NCBI GenBank assembly: GCA_043750075.1
Contig: JAYVCG010000169.1
Location: 1-38,281, forward strand
Reading direction: 5' to 3'
DNA length: 38,281 nt
Source: Acetobacteraceae bacterium
GTDB taxonomy: Bacteria > Pseudomonadota > Alphaproteobacteria > Acetobacterales > Acetobacteraceae
Of this stretch, positions 8,111-19,350 are shown piece by piece (position 1 is the first letter of the stretch; the number at the start of each line of letters is the position of its first letter). Below the pieces are notes generated by a model. It made no database searches and was not told the DNA's origin. It saw only the letters and a program-made list of their open reading frames with translations. Both the position numbers and the translations under genes were made by a program.

Positions 8111-10647
8111 CCGATCAGACGCACGTTCCCCCCGGTCTTGGCTGGCGCCGCGCGCTCGCCCGTCTGGTCCTGTGGTTCGAGCGTCTGTTGCCGGCCATGC
8201 TCCCCGCCGCCCGGATCGCGGGCCTGTTCGTCTGCGCCGCCCTGCTGGACCTGCCGCCGCTGCTGCCCTGGTGGGCGCATGGCCTGCTGCTGGCGGGTGT
8301 CGCGGGAACGATCGCGGTTCTGCTCTGGCGCGGCCTCTCTGGGCTGCGCGCTCCCGGCGCCACCGACGCCGACCGGCGGCTGGAACACGATTCCGGCCTG
8401 ACCCACCGCCCTCTGGCCGCGTTGAACGATCCGCCCGTCAACGGCGATCCCGCCAGCCTCGCGCTGTGGCGGGCGCATGTCGCGCGCGGCCTCGCCCGCG
8501 TGCGCCGCCTGCGCCTGAACTGGCCGCATCCGGGTCTGGCCGCGCTGGACCGGCGGGCGTTCCGCCACGCGGTGCTGCTGAGCCTGCTCGCTGCCTTCGT
8601 GATCGCCGGACGCGACGCGCCGGGCCGCCTCATGGCCGCGTTCGAGCCCGCCCTGCCCCGCCCCGTACCCGCTCGCGCCGTGGAAATTCAGGCCTGGGCC
8701 ACGCCGCCCGCCTATACGGGGCTGGCGCCGGTATTCCTCAAACGCGATCAGCCCGCGGTCTCGGTACCCGCGGGCGCGCGGTTGACGGTGAACGTCACCG
8801 GCGGCGAGGCGGTACCCGACCTGGTGCTGGACGGCGAACGCACCGCCTTCACCACGCTGGACCAGACCAGCTTTCAAAGCGAACAAACGCTGACGAAGAA
8901 CAGCCGCGTCACGGTGGCGCGGAACGGGCGGGAACTGGCCGGGTGGGACATCGTGGCGGTGCCCGATCAACCGCCCGTGGCGCGATGGGCCGATCCGCCC
9001 GGCCGCTCGGAAACCGGGCTGCGCTCGCGCCTGCCGTGGTCCGTCAGCGACGATCATGGCGTCACCGGACTGAAAGCCGAACTGCGGCTGACCGCGCGCC
9101 CCGGCGCGCCGCCGCTGGAAGTGCCGATCCCCTTGCCCGGCGGCACGCCCAAAACCGCCAAGGGCCTCCAGCAACAGGATCTGCTCGCCCATCCCTGGGC
9201 CGGCCTCGGCGTCACCGCCCGCCTGATCGCCCGCGACGGCGCGGGCCAGACCGGCGCCAGCGAGGACGCCACGTTCGACCTCCCCGAACGGGTGTTCCAG
9301 AACCCGGTCGCCAAGGCGCTGATCGCCATGCGCAAGGCTCTCAGCCTCAACCCGGATGAGCGCGGCGAGGCGCTGGAGGGGCTGGACGCGCTGATGCAGA
9401 AACCCGATCTGTTCGGCGCCGACTCGGGGGCGTTCCTTAATCTGAGCGCGCTCTATTACCTGATGGTCCGCAACAAGACCCCGGCCGCCATCCCCGAGGC
9501 GCAGGAACGGATGTGGAGCCTCGCACTCCAGATGGAGGAAGGCCGCACCGAGGAAACCGCCCGCGCCCTGGAAGCCGCCCGCCAGGCCGTGCGCGATGCC
9601 ATGGACAAACTGCAAAACGAGCAAACCGACGCCAACCGCCAGGCGCTGGAGCAAAAGCTCAACGAACTGCGCGAGGCGATCGAGCGCCACATGCAGGCGA
9701 TGACCGAGGAAGCCAACCGCAACAACGAATTGCTCCCCTTCGATCCCCAGGCCGAGCGGCTGACCAGCGAGGAGATGGAGCGCCTGGCCCAGGAGGCCAA
9801 TCAGGCGGCGCGGGAGGGGCGCATGGACGAGGCGCGGCAGAAGATGGAGGAACTGGAACGCCTGCTCGAACGCCTGAAGGAAGCCCGCGCCGAGAAGGGC
9901 CAGGGCAACAGCCAGCAGCGCCAGAAAGGCAAACGCCAGATGGGCGCCGTGCAGGACATGGTGGGCCGCGAGGGCGAACTGCTCGACCACGCCGAGAATC
10001 GCGCCGATCAGGGCGCCCGCCCGCGCCGTCCCTCGACCGACACCGCCGAGACCAACCCCGCCACGCAACGCCCCGCCGATCAGCGCGTGCAACAAGCCCT
10101 GCGCAACGCTCTGGGTGAGTTGATGCAACAGTTCGGCGACCTGACCGGCGAGGTGCCCCCCGCCCTGACCGAAGCCGATCAGGCGATGCGCGAGACCATC
10201 CAGCAACTGGGCAAGGGCGACGACAAAGGCGCCGCCCAATCGGAACGGCAGGCGATTGAGGCGTTGCAGAAGGGCGCGCGGGAGATGGGCCGTGCCCTGG
10301 CCCGCCAGTTCGGGCCTGGCCGTCCGGGCGGCGATCCTGGCGACGGTGAAGGCGATGGCTTCGGCGCCGAGGGACCGATGGGCATGATGATGCCCGGCAA
10401 CCGCGATGGCCGCTCCCGCGGCGGCCCCCTGCCCGGCCCGCCCAACCGCGCCGATTCCCGCGGCCGCGATCCTCTGGGCCGCACCAACCAGGGCAACAGC
10501 CTCGACAGCGGCGATGTGCGCGTCCCCGAGGAAGCCGAACGCCAGCGCACCCAGGCGATCCAGGAGGAATTGCGCCGCCGCGGCGCCGAACGCGAACGCC
10601 CGCGGCGCGAACTGGACTACATCGACCGGCTGTTGCGGCAGTTTTAA
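8107..10647 (+). CDS. DUF4175 / TIGR02302 family membrane-anchored coiled-coil protein
   Basis: N-terminal TMs, AWATPPAYTG, HPWAG, C-terminal RDPLGR..ELRRR..ELDYIDRLL; conserved position after lysA. Confidence 0.9.
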   Translation: MTDQTHVPPGLGWRRALARLVLWFERLLPAMLPAARIAGLFVCAALLDLPPLLPWWAHGLLLAGVAGTIAVLLWRGLSGLRAPGATDADRRLEHDSGLTHRPLAALNDPPVNGDPASLALWRAHVARGLARVRRLRLNWPHPGLAALDRRAFRHAVLLSLLAAFVIAGRDAPGRLMAAFEPALPRPVPARAVEIQAWATPPAYTGLAPVFLKRDQPAVSVPAGARLTVNVTGGEAVPDLVLDGERTAFTTLDQTSFQSEQTLTKNSRVTVARNGRELAGWDIVAVPDQPPVARWADPPGRSETGLRSRLPWSVSDDHGVTGLKAELRLTARPGAPPLEVPIPLPGGTPKTAKGLQQQDLLAHPWAGLGVTARLIARDGAGQTGASEDATFDLPERVFQNPVAKALIAMRKALSLNPDERGEALEGLDALMQKPDLFGADSGAFLNLSALYYLMVRNKTPAAIPEAQERMWSLALQMEEGRTEETARALEAARQAVRDAMDKLQNEQTDANRQALEQKLNELREAIERHMQAMTEEANRNNELLPFDPQAERLTSEEMERLAQEANQAAREGRMDEARQKMEELERLLERLKEARAEKGQGNSQQRQKGKRQMGAVQDMVGREGELLDHAENRADQGARPRRPSTDTAETNPATQRPADQRVQQALRNALGELMQQFGDLTGEVPPALTEADQAMRETIQQLGKGDDKGAAQSERQAIEALQKGAREMGRALARQFGPGRPGGDPGDGEGDGFGAEGPMGMMMPGNRDGRSRGGPLPGPPNRADSRGRDPLGRTNQGNSLDSGDVRVPEEAERQRTQAIQEELRRRGAERERPRRELDYIDRLLRQF

Positions 10648-10720
10648 CACGGAATGCCGGATCGGGGTGATGATCGGGGCTTTCACCGGGCGCGCGTTCG
10701 GGGTAAGAGAGAAGGGATAA

Positions 10721-10797
10721 GGACCCGTAGCTCAGCTGGATAGAGCGTCGCCCTCCGAAGGCGAAGGTCGCACGTTCGAATCGTGTCGGGTCCGCCA
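10721..10797 (+). tRNA. tRNA-Arg(CCG)
   Basis: GGACCCG/CGGGTCC acceptor stem, TCGCC-CTCCGAA-GGCGA anticodon arm, TTCGAAT T-loop, CCA end. Confidence 0.97.
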
Positions 10798-10990
10798 ATC
10801 CTTTCAATGGCTTATTTGAATACAGCCATGATTGCGAAACCCTTTAGCCACCATATAGCTAGCAAAAGCTGGTGATATCCTTGCTTTCCGTTGTGGTCAT
10901 GGACGATCAGGGGACACGGATTATCTCTCACCAGCTTTAAAAGCATTGACGCGGTCGCACCCTCCTGGAACAGGTGATCGGATTGGAAGC

Positions 10991-12910
10991 GCTGGTTCCC
11001 TTGCATACGCGGGGAACACCATGCCGCTATCCTCACGGTCACGATTAGGTGCGGTTCATCCCCGCACACGCGGGGAACACTTTCTGCCGGGCCGGAGGGG
11101 AGCCGATTATTCCGGTTCATCCCCGCACACGCGGGGAACACGGATCGCGCGCCGCGGTTTCGCGGCCCGTGATCGGTTCATCCCCGCACACGCGGGGAAC
11201 ACGACCACCAACCATTCCCAATCGGCGGACGGCCCGGTTCATCCCCGCACACGCGGGGAACACGGTTTGACCCGGCGCCGGACCCGCGGCAGCGGCGGTT
11301 CATCCCCGCACACGCGGGGAACACGGCGTTCATCGCGTCTTGCCTGTGGTGAAACACGGTTCATCCCCGCACACGCGGGGAACACGCGGTCTATTGCGAG
11401 GATTGCGCCAGGGGGCTCGGTTCATCCCCGCACACGCGGGGAACACTTGGCGGGTTGGGCCGCGGGCGATTGGGTTTACGGTTCATCCCCGCACACGCGG
11501 GGAACACGAGGGAAAGTGGCGTTTGACCAAACAGCCCGACGGTTCATCCCCGCACACGCGGGGAACACCTCCAACCGCCCGTATCGTTTTCCAGGGCAGC
11601 CGGTTCATCCCCGCACACGCGGGGAACACTGCCCGGTCGCCGTTTCCGACAGGTTGCCCGGCGGTTCATCCCCGCACACGCGGGGAACACGTCTTCCAGG
11701 TCGCCTACGCCCCAGGGGAAACCGGTTCATCCCCGCACACGCGGGGAACACACGTTCCGCGGCGGAACGGGCGGCGCCCCCGACGGTTCATCCCCGCACA
11801 CGCGGGGAACACGATTGCAACAGCCAGTTCTCGGCGATCGCCGTCGGTTCATCCCCGCACACGCGGGGAACACGCCGGGAGGCAGGGGATCGAAACCCCG
11901 GCTGTCGGTTCATCCCCGCACACGCGGGGAACACTTCCAGGATTCCCATCTCCTGGAGCCGGTGCGCGGTTCATCCCCGCACACGCGGGGAACACGTTGG
12001 TCTCGTCAGGAAATACGAGCAAGGCGACGGTTCATCCCCGCACACGCGGGGAACACCGCGATCGTGCATTTCAGCGCCGGGACACTGACGGTTCATCCCC
12101 GCACACGCGGGGAACACCCTTTTCATGCTGCCGGGTCTGTTCCCGGCGGCGGTTCATCCCCGCACACGCGGGGAACACTGGTGTGGCTGAAAGAGGATCT
12201 GGACGCCTGGCGGTTCATCCCCGCACACGCGGGGAACACAGGTCGCCGCGTTCACAGAACTGGTGGACGGGCGGTTCATCCCCGCACACGCGGGGAACAC
12301 GCATCGCGCATGTCGAGGGCGCGGACACGCCACGGTTCATCCCCGCACACGCGGGGAACACGCGGCCTCGGCCCAAAGCTGATCCCGGTTGACCGGTTCA
12401 TCCCCGCACACGCGGGGAACACGGGGCGGGGGCGTCCTACGGCAAAAGGTGGGTCGGTTCATCCCCGCACACGCGGGGAACACATGAAACATCGATTTTC
12501 CTTTACGGTCGCAACCGGTTCATCCCCGCACACGCGGGGAACACGGCACCGATGCGGTATGCGTGGCGCTGGGCACCGGTTCATCCCCGCACACGCGGGG
12601 AACACGCGGGATCGATCCGGCCAAACGCCGCGGCGATCGGTTCATCCCCGCACACGCGGGGAACACGCCCGCCAGCCCAACTCAACATCAACAGGAGCCG
12701 GTTCATCCCCGCACACGCGGGGAACACACAGGAGCCTCCGCGATGTGGGAATACCGCGCCGGTTCATCCCCGCACACGCGGGGAACACCTGGCGGCAAGG
12801 ATTCGTCAGTCATGCTGCACCGGTTCATCCCCGCACACGCGGGGAACACCGCTGCCCGATGGCAGGGACGTGGGGGACATACGGTTCATCCCCGCACACG
12901 CGGGGAACAC
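10991..12910 (-). CRISPR. Type I-E CRISPR array: 31 repeats GTGTTCCCCGCGTGTGCGGGGATGAACCG plus one degenerate terminal repeat, 31 spacers of 32 bp
   Basis: 61-bp period from 11052 to 12882; degenerate repeat 10991..11019 at the leader-distal end; adjacent to cas2. Confidence 0.99.
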
Positions 12911-12981
12911 TCTTCCCAGAAGCCCCTGATACATAACCCAGATTCACTTGTCAAAGAACCCACCGATCAGAACGTCCGTTC
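12911..12981 (-). promoter_or_regulatory. CRISPR leader with candidate promoter and IHF-like site
   Basis: Minus strand TTGACA (12954-12949)-N17-TATCAG; TATCAGGGGCTTC (12931-12919) resembles the IHF consensus WATCARN4TTR found in type I-E leaders. Confidence 0.6.
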
Positions 12982-14269
<1,288 letters not shown>

Positions 14270-14297
14270 ATGCGAACCCGCCGGATCAGGATTTCGC

Positions 14298-14987
14298 TCA
14301 TATGCGGATCCTCCGGATCAGCATGAGGCCGTAGCCGTGCGCCCGCGCCCGGCCAAACCCGGCGGCGAGCTGGGTCAGGAAGGCGGCCGGATCCCGCACC
14401 TCCAGCACGCCGCTGATGTCCATCACCCCGAAGACCGCCGGTGGCTGCTTTCCTGGCCGTGGCAGCCTGATCCGGTCATAGCCATCGCACACCGCCGGGC
14501 CAAGCGGCGTGAACCCATGCGCCGCCCCCTGCCGCGCCAGCCATGCCCGGCCGGCGGTGGAGATGGCCTCGAACCGCGCGGACGCCCGCTCCCCGTCCGG
14601 CACGTCGCGCAGCGCGTCCATCACCACGTCATGGCGTTTGCCGCGCTGGCCCCTGGCCTCGGGGCGGGCGATCACCGGATTGACGCGCAGGGTGAAGCTG
14701 AGTGCGTCCCCGGCTTCCAGGGCGGGCTCGAACGCCTTGCTTTCGAGGTCGAACAAGTCGTGCGGATCGGCGGGCGGGCGGGACGACAGCGTCATGAAAT
14801 GGCCCGGTTTTTCCTCCCGCCACAGGAAGTCGCGGCGGCGGTCCGGGTCGTCGGCGAACAGCGACCAGACCAGCCGGTGCGCGGCGGCGACACGCGCATG
14901 CGGATCGTCCGGCACCAGCAATCGCGCCAGGGCCGCCACTGATGCGTCCCGCTTCAGATGGGCGCGGCCAAGCCAGAGGCTGGTCAT
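14298..14987 (-). CDS. cas6e: Cas6e (Cse3/CasE) crRNA-processing endoribonuclease
   Basis: AHRLVWSLF, FTLRVNP, C-terminal Gly-rich loop GFGRARAHGYGLM. Confidence 0.95.
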   Translation of the reverse strand: MTSLWLGRAHLKRDASVAALARLLVPDDPHARVAAAHRLVWSLFADDPDRRRDFLWREEKPGHFMTLSSRPPADPHDLFDLESKAFEPALEAGDALSFTLRVNPVIARPEARGQRGKRHDVVMDALRDVPDGERASARFEAISTAGRAWLARQGAAHGFTPLGPAVCDGYDRIRLPRPGKQPPAVFGVMDISGVLEVRDPAAFLTQLAAGFGRARAHGYGLMLIRRIRI

Positions 14988-15802
14988 GGTTCTCCCAGGG
15001 CAAGCACCGCCTCCTCCCGCAATCCGAACTGCCAGCGGCGGCGGGACAAGGGCTGATCGCGCCGGAACTCGATGCGGCGGCGCAGCGGATCGTCTTTATC
15101 CGTGAGGGCCGCATCCATGGCGATGAGGGTGGGCTGCGCGGGATCGGCCTGAACCGAACGCAGGCCGCGCCCATTGGGGAGACGCAGCAATGCCTCCGGT
15201 CCGGCGGCGTGCCGGGTCCGCAAGGCGGCGCGCGCGTCCTCCGCTTCCTCGATCCGGGGGGCGAGCGGCAAGCCCAGGGGACAGGACTTGCGGCCGAGAT
15301 AGGGGACGAACACGGGACGCGCCATCGCCGCCGCGAGCGCGTCGAGGGACCAGCGCGGTTGAGGCGGTTCTTGCTCCCGTGCGCCCGTTTCACGCGCTCC
15401 CATCTCCCGCGTCCCTGGCCCGCGTGGCCAGAGCGCGCCCAGATGCCAGGCGCCGGTGCGGTAATCGCGGCGGGACAGGATGGTGTTGAGTTCGGATTTC
15501 GGCACCGCGAGTTCTTCGGCCCGCGTCGCGAAGCGCCGTCCGCGTTTGGAGGACGGCGCCTGCGTGGTGTGGTAATCCGCCAGCAGCCGTCCCGGAGAAT
15601 GGCACAGCAGGGCGAGATGATAACTCTCCGCCAGCGCCGCCTGTCCGGCATCGTCCTCCCGCTCCACCCCCAGGCAGGCGCCGATCAGGCCAAGCACCGC
15701 CGATCGCGCGGGCCGGTCCCAGCCCGAGCGGCGTTCCCCCACCGCGAGGCCGCCGAACGAGGCCATGGGCGCCACCAGCGCGAAGGTCAGGAAGCGGGTC
15801 AT
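14984..15802 (-). CDS. cas5e: Cas5e (CasD)
   Basis: MTRFLTFALVAPMASFG..PARSAVLGLIGACLG, DYHTTQ, LSRRDY, YLGRKSCP. Confidence 0.95.
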   Translation of the reverse strand: MTRFLTFALVAPMASFGGLAVGERRSGWDRPARSAVLGLIGACLGVEREDDAGQAALAESYHLALLCHSPGRLLADYHTTQAPSSKRGRRFATRAEELAVPKSELNTILSRRDYRTGAWHLGALWPRGPGTREMGARETGAREQEPPQPRWSLDALAAAMARPVFVPYLGRKSCPLGLPLAPRIEEAEDARAALRTRHAAGPEALLRLPNGRGLRSVQADPAQPTLIAMDAALTDKDDPLRRRIEFRRDQPLSRRRWQFGLREEAVLALGEP

Positions 15803-16848
15803 CACGCCTCCCCGCGCGCGAAGGCGGCGATCTCCGCGAGACTGCCCTCGCCGCCGACGGTCATGGCGCGTTCGGCATCGCATCCGGCGCCATAGGCTTT
15901 CGTGAGGCTGGCACGGAACGCCATCATTTGTTTGATCGATTCCCCCATCAGATCCTTGTCCTCCACCGCCCGCGCGAAAGCCCCCGCCAGCGTCCTGGGC
16001 TGTTGCTCGCCGCGTTCGGCCAGGATGTGGTGCGCCCGTCCGTGCGCCGCGAAGCTGTTCTGCTTGCCCCTTGGCGCGGCGGTCGCGGCGGCCTCGGCCA
16101 GGGCGCCCAGGGCGGTGGCGGCCAGGGCCTTGTCGCCGCCGAGGTTGTGAAGGAGCAATGTCTGGTTCACACACAGATACAGATAGAACACGCCCGATCC
16201 GAACGCGGCCTCGCCCAGGAAGCCCGCGCCCGCGTCGTCCTCGCGGGTCTTGAGGTCGTCAACGGCGGTGTAATAATCGTCCTCGATGGTGACGCGGTGG
16301 GTGGTGATCGCGTGCGCGACCTGCGCCGCGGCGTCGCGGTTGAAGTGCGGGTTGTCCGCCAGCATCCGCCCGAACAGCGCGATGTCGGCGGCGGTGTCCA
16401 CCGCGCGCAGCAGGGTCTCGTTCTTCATCTCCAGTTTCTCGCCCTTCAGCGCCCGGTCCGCGAGCGCCAGCGCCGCCGCGCGTTCCTCGGGGGAAATGAA
16501 CGCGAGTTGTTCGATCTGCGCCGGGTTTTTGCCCTTCACGTCCTTGATTTTGCCAAACACCTCGGCGATCTGGCGCGCGACCTCCATCGCCCTGGCCTCC
16601 GCCATCTGACCCGCAAGGAGGTGGTCCAGCACCGCCTCGCCCAGACGCTGCGTGCGCTGGCCCATGTGGCCTTCGAGCGCGGTGGCGAACACTGGCGATT
16701 CCCGCCACGCGCGTTTCAGCGCCTGCGAGGAAAGCCGCAGCCTTGTCGTCCCGCCGACCACGGCGGTCTTGGGGCGGCCGGTATCGTCACGGTTCAAATT
16801 CGCGGGTGGAAAGAACGTCAGCAGATGCAGTTGCAGGAAATGGCTCAT
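15802..16848 (-). CDS. cas7e: Cas7e (Cse4/CasC)
   Basis: PANLNRDDTGRPK, SSQALKRAWR, DIALFGRMLA, QVAHAITTH, DYYTAVDD. Confidence 0.97.
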   Translation of the reverse strand: MSHFLQLHLLTFFPPANLNRDDTGRPKTAVVGGTTRLRLSSQALKRAWRESPVFATALEGHMGQRTQRLGEAVLDHLLAGQMAEARAMEVARQIAEVFGKIKDVKGKNPAQIEQLAFISPEERAAALALADRALKGEKLEMKNETLLRAVDTAADIALFGRMLADNPHFNRDAAAQVAHAITTHRVTIEDDYYTAVDDLKTREDDAGAGFLGEAAFGSGVFYLYLCVNQTLLLHNLGGDKALAATALGALAEAAATAAPRGKQNSFAAHGRAHHILAERGEQQPRTLAGAFARAVEDKDLMGESIKQMMAFRASLTKAYGAGCDAERAMTVGGEGSLAEIAAFARGEA

Positions 16849-17369
16849 GGCGTGGTTTCCTCGGCATGCGGGGCGGCGGGCTGCCCGGCGTTCCAGTACT
16901 CGTAGACCCAGCGGGTCCGGCGTCCCTCGTCCCAGCGCGCCAGCGCGGCGGCGAGGTCGCGGACGTTCACCTTGTCCTTCGCCAGCGCGACCAGACGGCG
17001 GAAGGCGGTCAGCCGCTCGTCCGGCGTGGCGGCGTCGAGCAGGCGGCGGAAACGGAGAGGTTTCATCAGCGCCGTCTCGGGCGTGCCGGTGCCGTCCGGG
17101 CCGATGCGGCGGGCGACCGCCACGCCTGGATCGTCCTCCCGCACATGCGCCAGCACGGCGGCGGCGAGACCGGCGGCGGACAAATCATCCATGCCCTGTC
17201 CGCCGCCCAACCGGAACAACACGATCGCCGCTGGCTCCTGCATGGCCTCGGCGACCGTCGCGCAGCGGCGCAAACGCGCCAGCGCGGCGCGATCGCCTGG
17301 TTTTTTCTTGTCCGGATCGGGCTGGAGATCGCGCCACCACGCGACCATGCCCCCGCTGGCGAGGCTCAT
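16845..17369 (-). CDS. cse2: Cse2 (Cas11/CasB) small subunit
   Basis: DRAALARLRRC, LAHVRED, LRFRRLL, WVYEYW; lies between cas8e and cas7. Confidence 0.92.
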   Translation of the reverse strand: MSLASGGMVAWWRDLQPDPDKKKPGDRAALARLRRCATVAEAMQEPAAIVLFRLGGGQGMDDLSAAGLAAAVLAHVREDDPGVAVARRIGPDGTGTPETALMKPLRFRRLLDAATPDERLTAFRRLVALAKDKVNVRDLAAALARWDEGRRTRWVYEYWNAGQPAAPHAEETTP

Positions 17370-18982
17370 GTTCCCCTCCCTTTCGGTTTGACTTGTTTCG
17401 TTTCGGGGAGATTGAGATTGAGTTTCCCGAACAGATCGTTCCCCGCCTTCCCATATCCATGCAGCGCGAACCCCAGGAACTTCCGCGCCTGGGCGATGCG
17501 GGCGGCATTCTTCTGATCCGTGTCCGGGGCAAGCGGCGCCGCCTCATCGAACAAGGAAAACGCCAGGGGCCGCAGCATTTTCAGCCACTCCTCACGAGTC
17601 TTGCCCATGGTATCCGGTTGCCTCGCGACCTTTTCCAGGGCGGTGAAGAATGACGATTCCGTTTGTTCCCACAAACGTTCGCGCACGGTGTTGAACGGCA
17701 ATGCATCCGCCTTGACCGTCGCCCCTCGGTCGAACAGCGCGTCGCGGACGGCGTTGCGCGCCAGGCTGGCGACCTGATTGGCGGATTCGACAAGGGATTT
17801 GGCCAGATCATCCATGGCGTCCCTGGCCGCCTCCGTTGGCGCGGCGGGCAAGGGCAATTCGCTTTCGATGAAGGAACGCGCCTTCATGTTGTCCATGTCG
17901 AACCCGGCGGCCAGGATGCGGGCACGGGGATCACCGGCGTCACGGCCGCGAACATCGCGCCATTCGGGAACAACCGCCGCGGGGATGCGCGATCCATCCT
18001 CGCTTTTCAGCACCAGCCCGAGCCAGTCGCGATAGCCGATCCCCCCCGGCTGGGGATGCACCGGCAGCCATTCCTGGCTGTTCTTCGGCTGATAATGCGG
18101 CGTGAGCGGATGTATCCTGCCCCAGTCCGTGTAGTTCGCGCCATGCGGACGCTGCCGCCATGTCGCGACCTGAACGCTGTCCGGCTCCCCCGTCAGACCG
18201 CAGGCGCGCGGCGTTTCCAACGCCGTGAAATCCAGCCGGATGCGCCGCGGCATGCCCCACCAGCATTGCAGCCCGTGCGCGTTCTCCGGCGTCACCACAT
18301 GCCCGCTTTTGGAACCCGCGGCGGGCGCGAGCCAGGGGAACACGTGCGGGAAATCCCTGGATTTCAGGGCATTCTCCCGCGCCGGGACGTTGGCCCAGAG
18401 CAATTGCCACAGCGTCGGCGCGTCCCCCGGCACGATCAGGGTCACGAGTGGTCCGCCACCGCGCAACCCGGTGCGATTGCCCGCCCCCCCCGCCGGAGCC
18501 CAGGACTGGAAGGTGTACAGGACGATGGCGGCGGCGGGACGGCCAAGGGAGGCGACGCCATCGCGATGCACCAGCAGATCGGTGTTCTTGCTGATGGTGC
18601 TGCCGCCAGGCGCCTCGATCAACAGCCGCTCGACCGGTTCGGCGCCGGAGTCGAGGTCTTCCATGTCCTGCAAGAAACGAGGCCCGTTCCCATCGAGTTC
18701 GAACGCATGGGCGAAGGGCGCGAAAGCCTCGGTCAGTTGCTCGGGAGGGGGCGGGTCATGCCATTTCCTCAGCCACTCATCCCCATCCTCGGGTGGACAG
18801 AAAGTGGCGAGTGCGCCGGTCAGCAGTTCGAGCGTCGCGATCCGCAGATCAGGACGTGGCCAGTCGATGGCAATGATGGGGTTTTCGGCGTGATGTTCCG
18901 TGATCTGGGAAAGACGGATCGTATAGGGGCCGGAATCTCGGCGTAGGACGGGCAACCAGGAATCGGTCAGGAGATTGAGCAC
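17366..18982 (-). CDS. cas8e: Cas8e (Cse1/CasA); start likely GTG 18982
   Basis: AAGGAGGT RBS 5 nt before GTG; (V)LNLLTDSWLPV, PRFLQD, GNRTGLRGGGP, WGMPRRIRL, HPLTP. Confidence 0.93.
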   Translation of the reverse strand: MLNLLTDSWLPVLRRDSGPYTIRLSQITEHHAENPIIAIDWPRPDLRIATLELLTGALATFCPPEDGDEWLRKWHDPPPPEQLTEAFAPFAHAFELDGNGPRFLQDMEDLDSGAEPVERLLIEAPGGSTISKNTDLLVHRDGVASLGRPAAAIVLYTFQSWAPAGGAGNRTGLRGGGPLVTLIVPGDAPTLWQLLWANVPARENALKSRDFPHVFPWLAPAAGSKSGHVVTPENAHGLQCWWGMPRRIRLDFTALETPRACGLTGEPDSVQVATWRQRPHGANYTDWGRIHPLTPHYQPKNSQEWLPVHPQPGGIGYRDWLGLVLKSEDGSRIPAAVVPEWRDVRGRDAGDPRARILAAGFDMDNMKARSFIESELPLPAAPTEAARDAMDDLAKSLVESANQVASLARNAVRDALFDRGATVKADALPFNTVRERLWEQTESSFFTALEKVARQPDTMGKTREEWLKMLRPLAFSLFDEAAPLAPDTDQKNAARIAQARKFLGFALHGYGKAGNDLFGKLNLNLPETKQVKPKGRGT

Positions 18983-19079
18983 GAAATACCTCCTTTTTAA
19001 TCGAGAAATACGTTGAACAGGTAAGCCAAAGCATATAAGTTGCTTAAGGAAAATCTTCTGGTCAGAGATTGCTCCCCGA

Positions 19080-19109
19080 CTACGATAATCCACGGCATGT
19101 GTCCAACAT
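19080..19109 (-). other. Mini-ORF MLDTCRGLS with very strong RBS (candidate CreT-like toxin or leader ORF)
   Basis: AGAAAGGAGGT (19125-19115) lies 5 nt before ATG TTG GAC ACA TGC CGT GGA TTA TCG TAG. Confidence 0.45.
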
Positions 19110-19144
19110 GCTCAACCTCCTTTCTATCGTGATAGCGGGTTAAT

Positions 19145-19175
19145 GGAACCGGTGGGATCGCACCCCACCGGTTCC
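19145..19175. other. Perfect 12-bp stem-loop
   Basis: GGAACCGGTGGG-N7-CCCACCGGTTCC. Confidence 0.85.
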
Positions 19176-19234
19176 CAATAACTGACATGGCAAATGAGCA
19201 GGTGTCAATGATAAAAGAAGGGATGCAGAATTTT

Positions 19235-19268
19235 TCTCACCTATAAGAGTGACTAGACCACTTATAAA
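19235..19268 (-). promoter_or_regulatory. Target of the mini-array guide (AAG PAM 19263-19261) overlapping candidate promoter TTTATA-N17-TATAGG
   Basis: AAG|TGGTCTAGTCACTCTTATAGGTGAGA versus guide TGGTCGAGGCAATCTGACGGTGAAAA. Confidence 0.7.
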
Positions 19269-19317
19269 AAAAGTCATGCGAAGGAGGTAAGGGTTATCGA
19301 TAGGGTGGACAGACAAA

Positions 19318-19348
19318 GTGCTGCTTTCAGGATAACTGAAAACAGCAC
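19318..19348 (-). terminator. Probable intrinsic terminator after cas3 and the mini-array
   Basis: GTGCTG/CAGCAC plus TTTCAG/CTGAAA stem, followed by TTTGTCT on the minus strand. Confidence 0.55.
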
Positions 19349-19350
19349 CA

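Noticed and set aside
4177-10686. Long antisense ORFs (556, 360 and 899 aa); similar ones at 20160-22250, 22392-23927, 23961-26015 and 35049-36986
   Set aside because: Shadow frames of well-supported genes in high-GC DNA, with no recognisable motifs
11020-12881. Self-targeting spacers in the main array
   Set aside because: No match within this window found by eye; a genome-wide search is still needed
19061-19085. Gapped resemblance of the guide to sequence just after the mini-ORF
   Set aside because: Needs two 2-nt gaps, has a seed mismatch and a TCG PAM
18983-19093. ORF-track N-terminal extension of cas8e; similar extensions for cas5e, cas2, lysA, flhF and DUF2336
   Set aside because: Family homology and RBS or coupling signals point to the downstream starts
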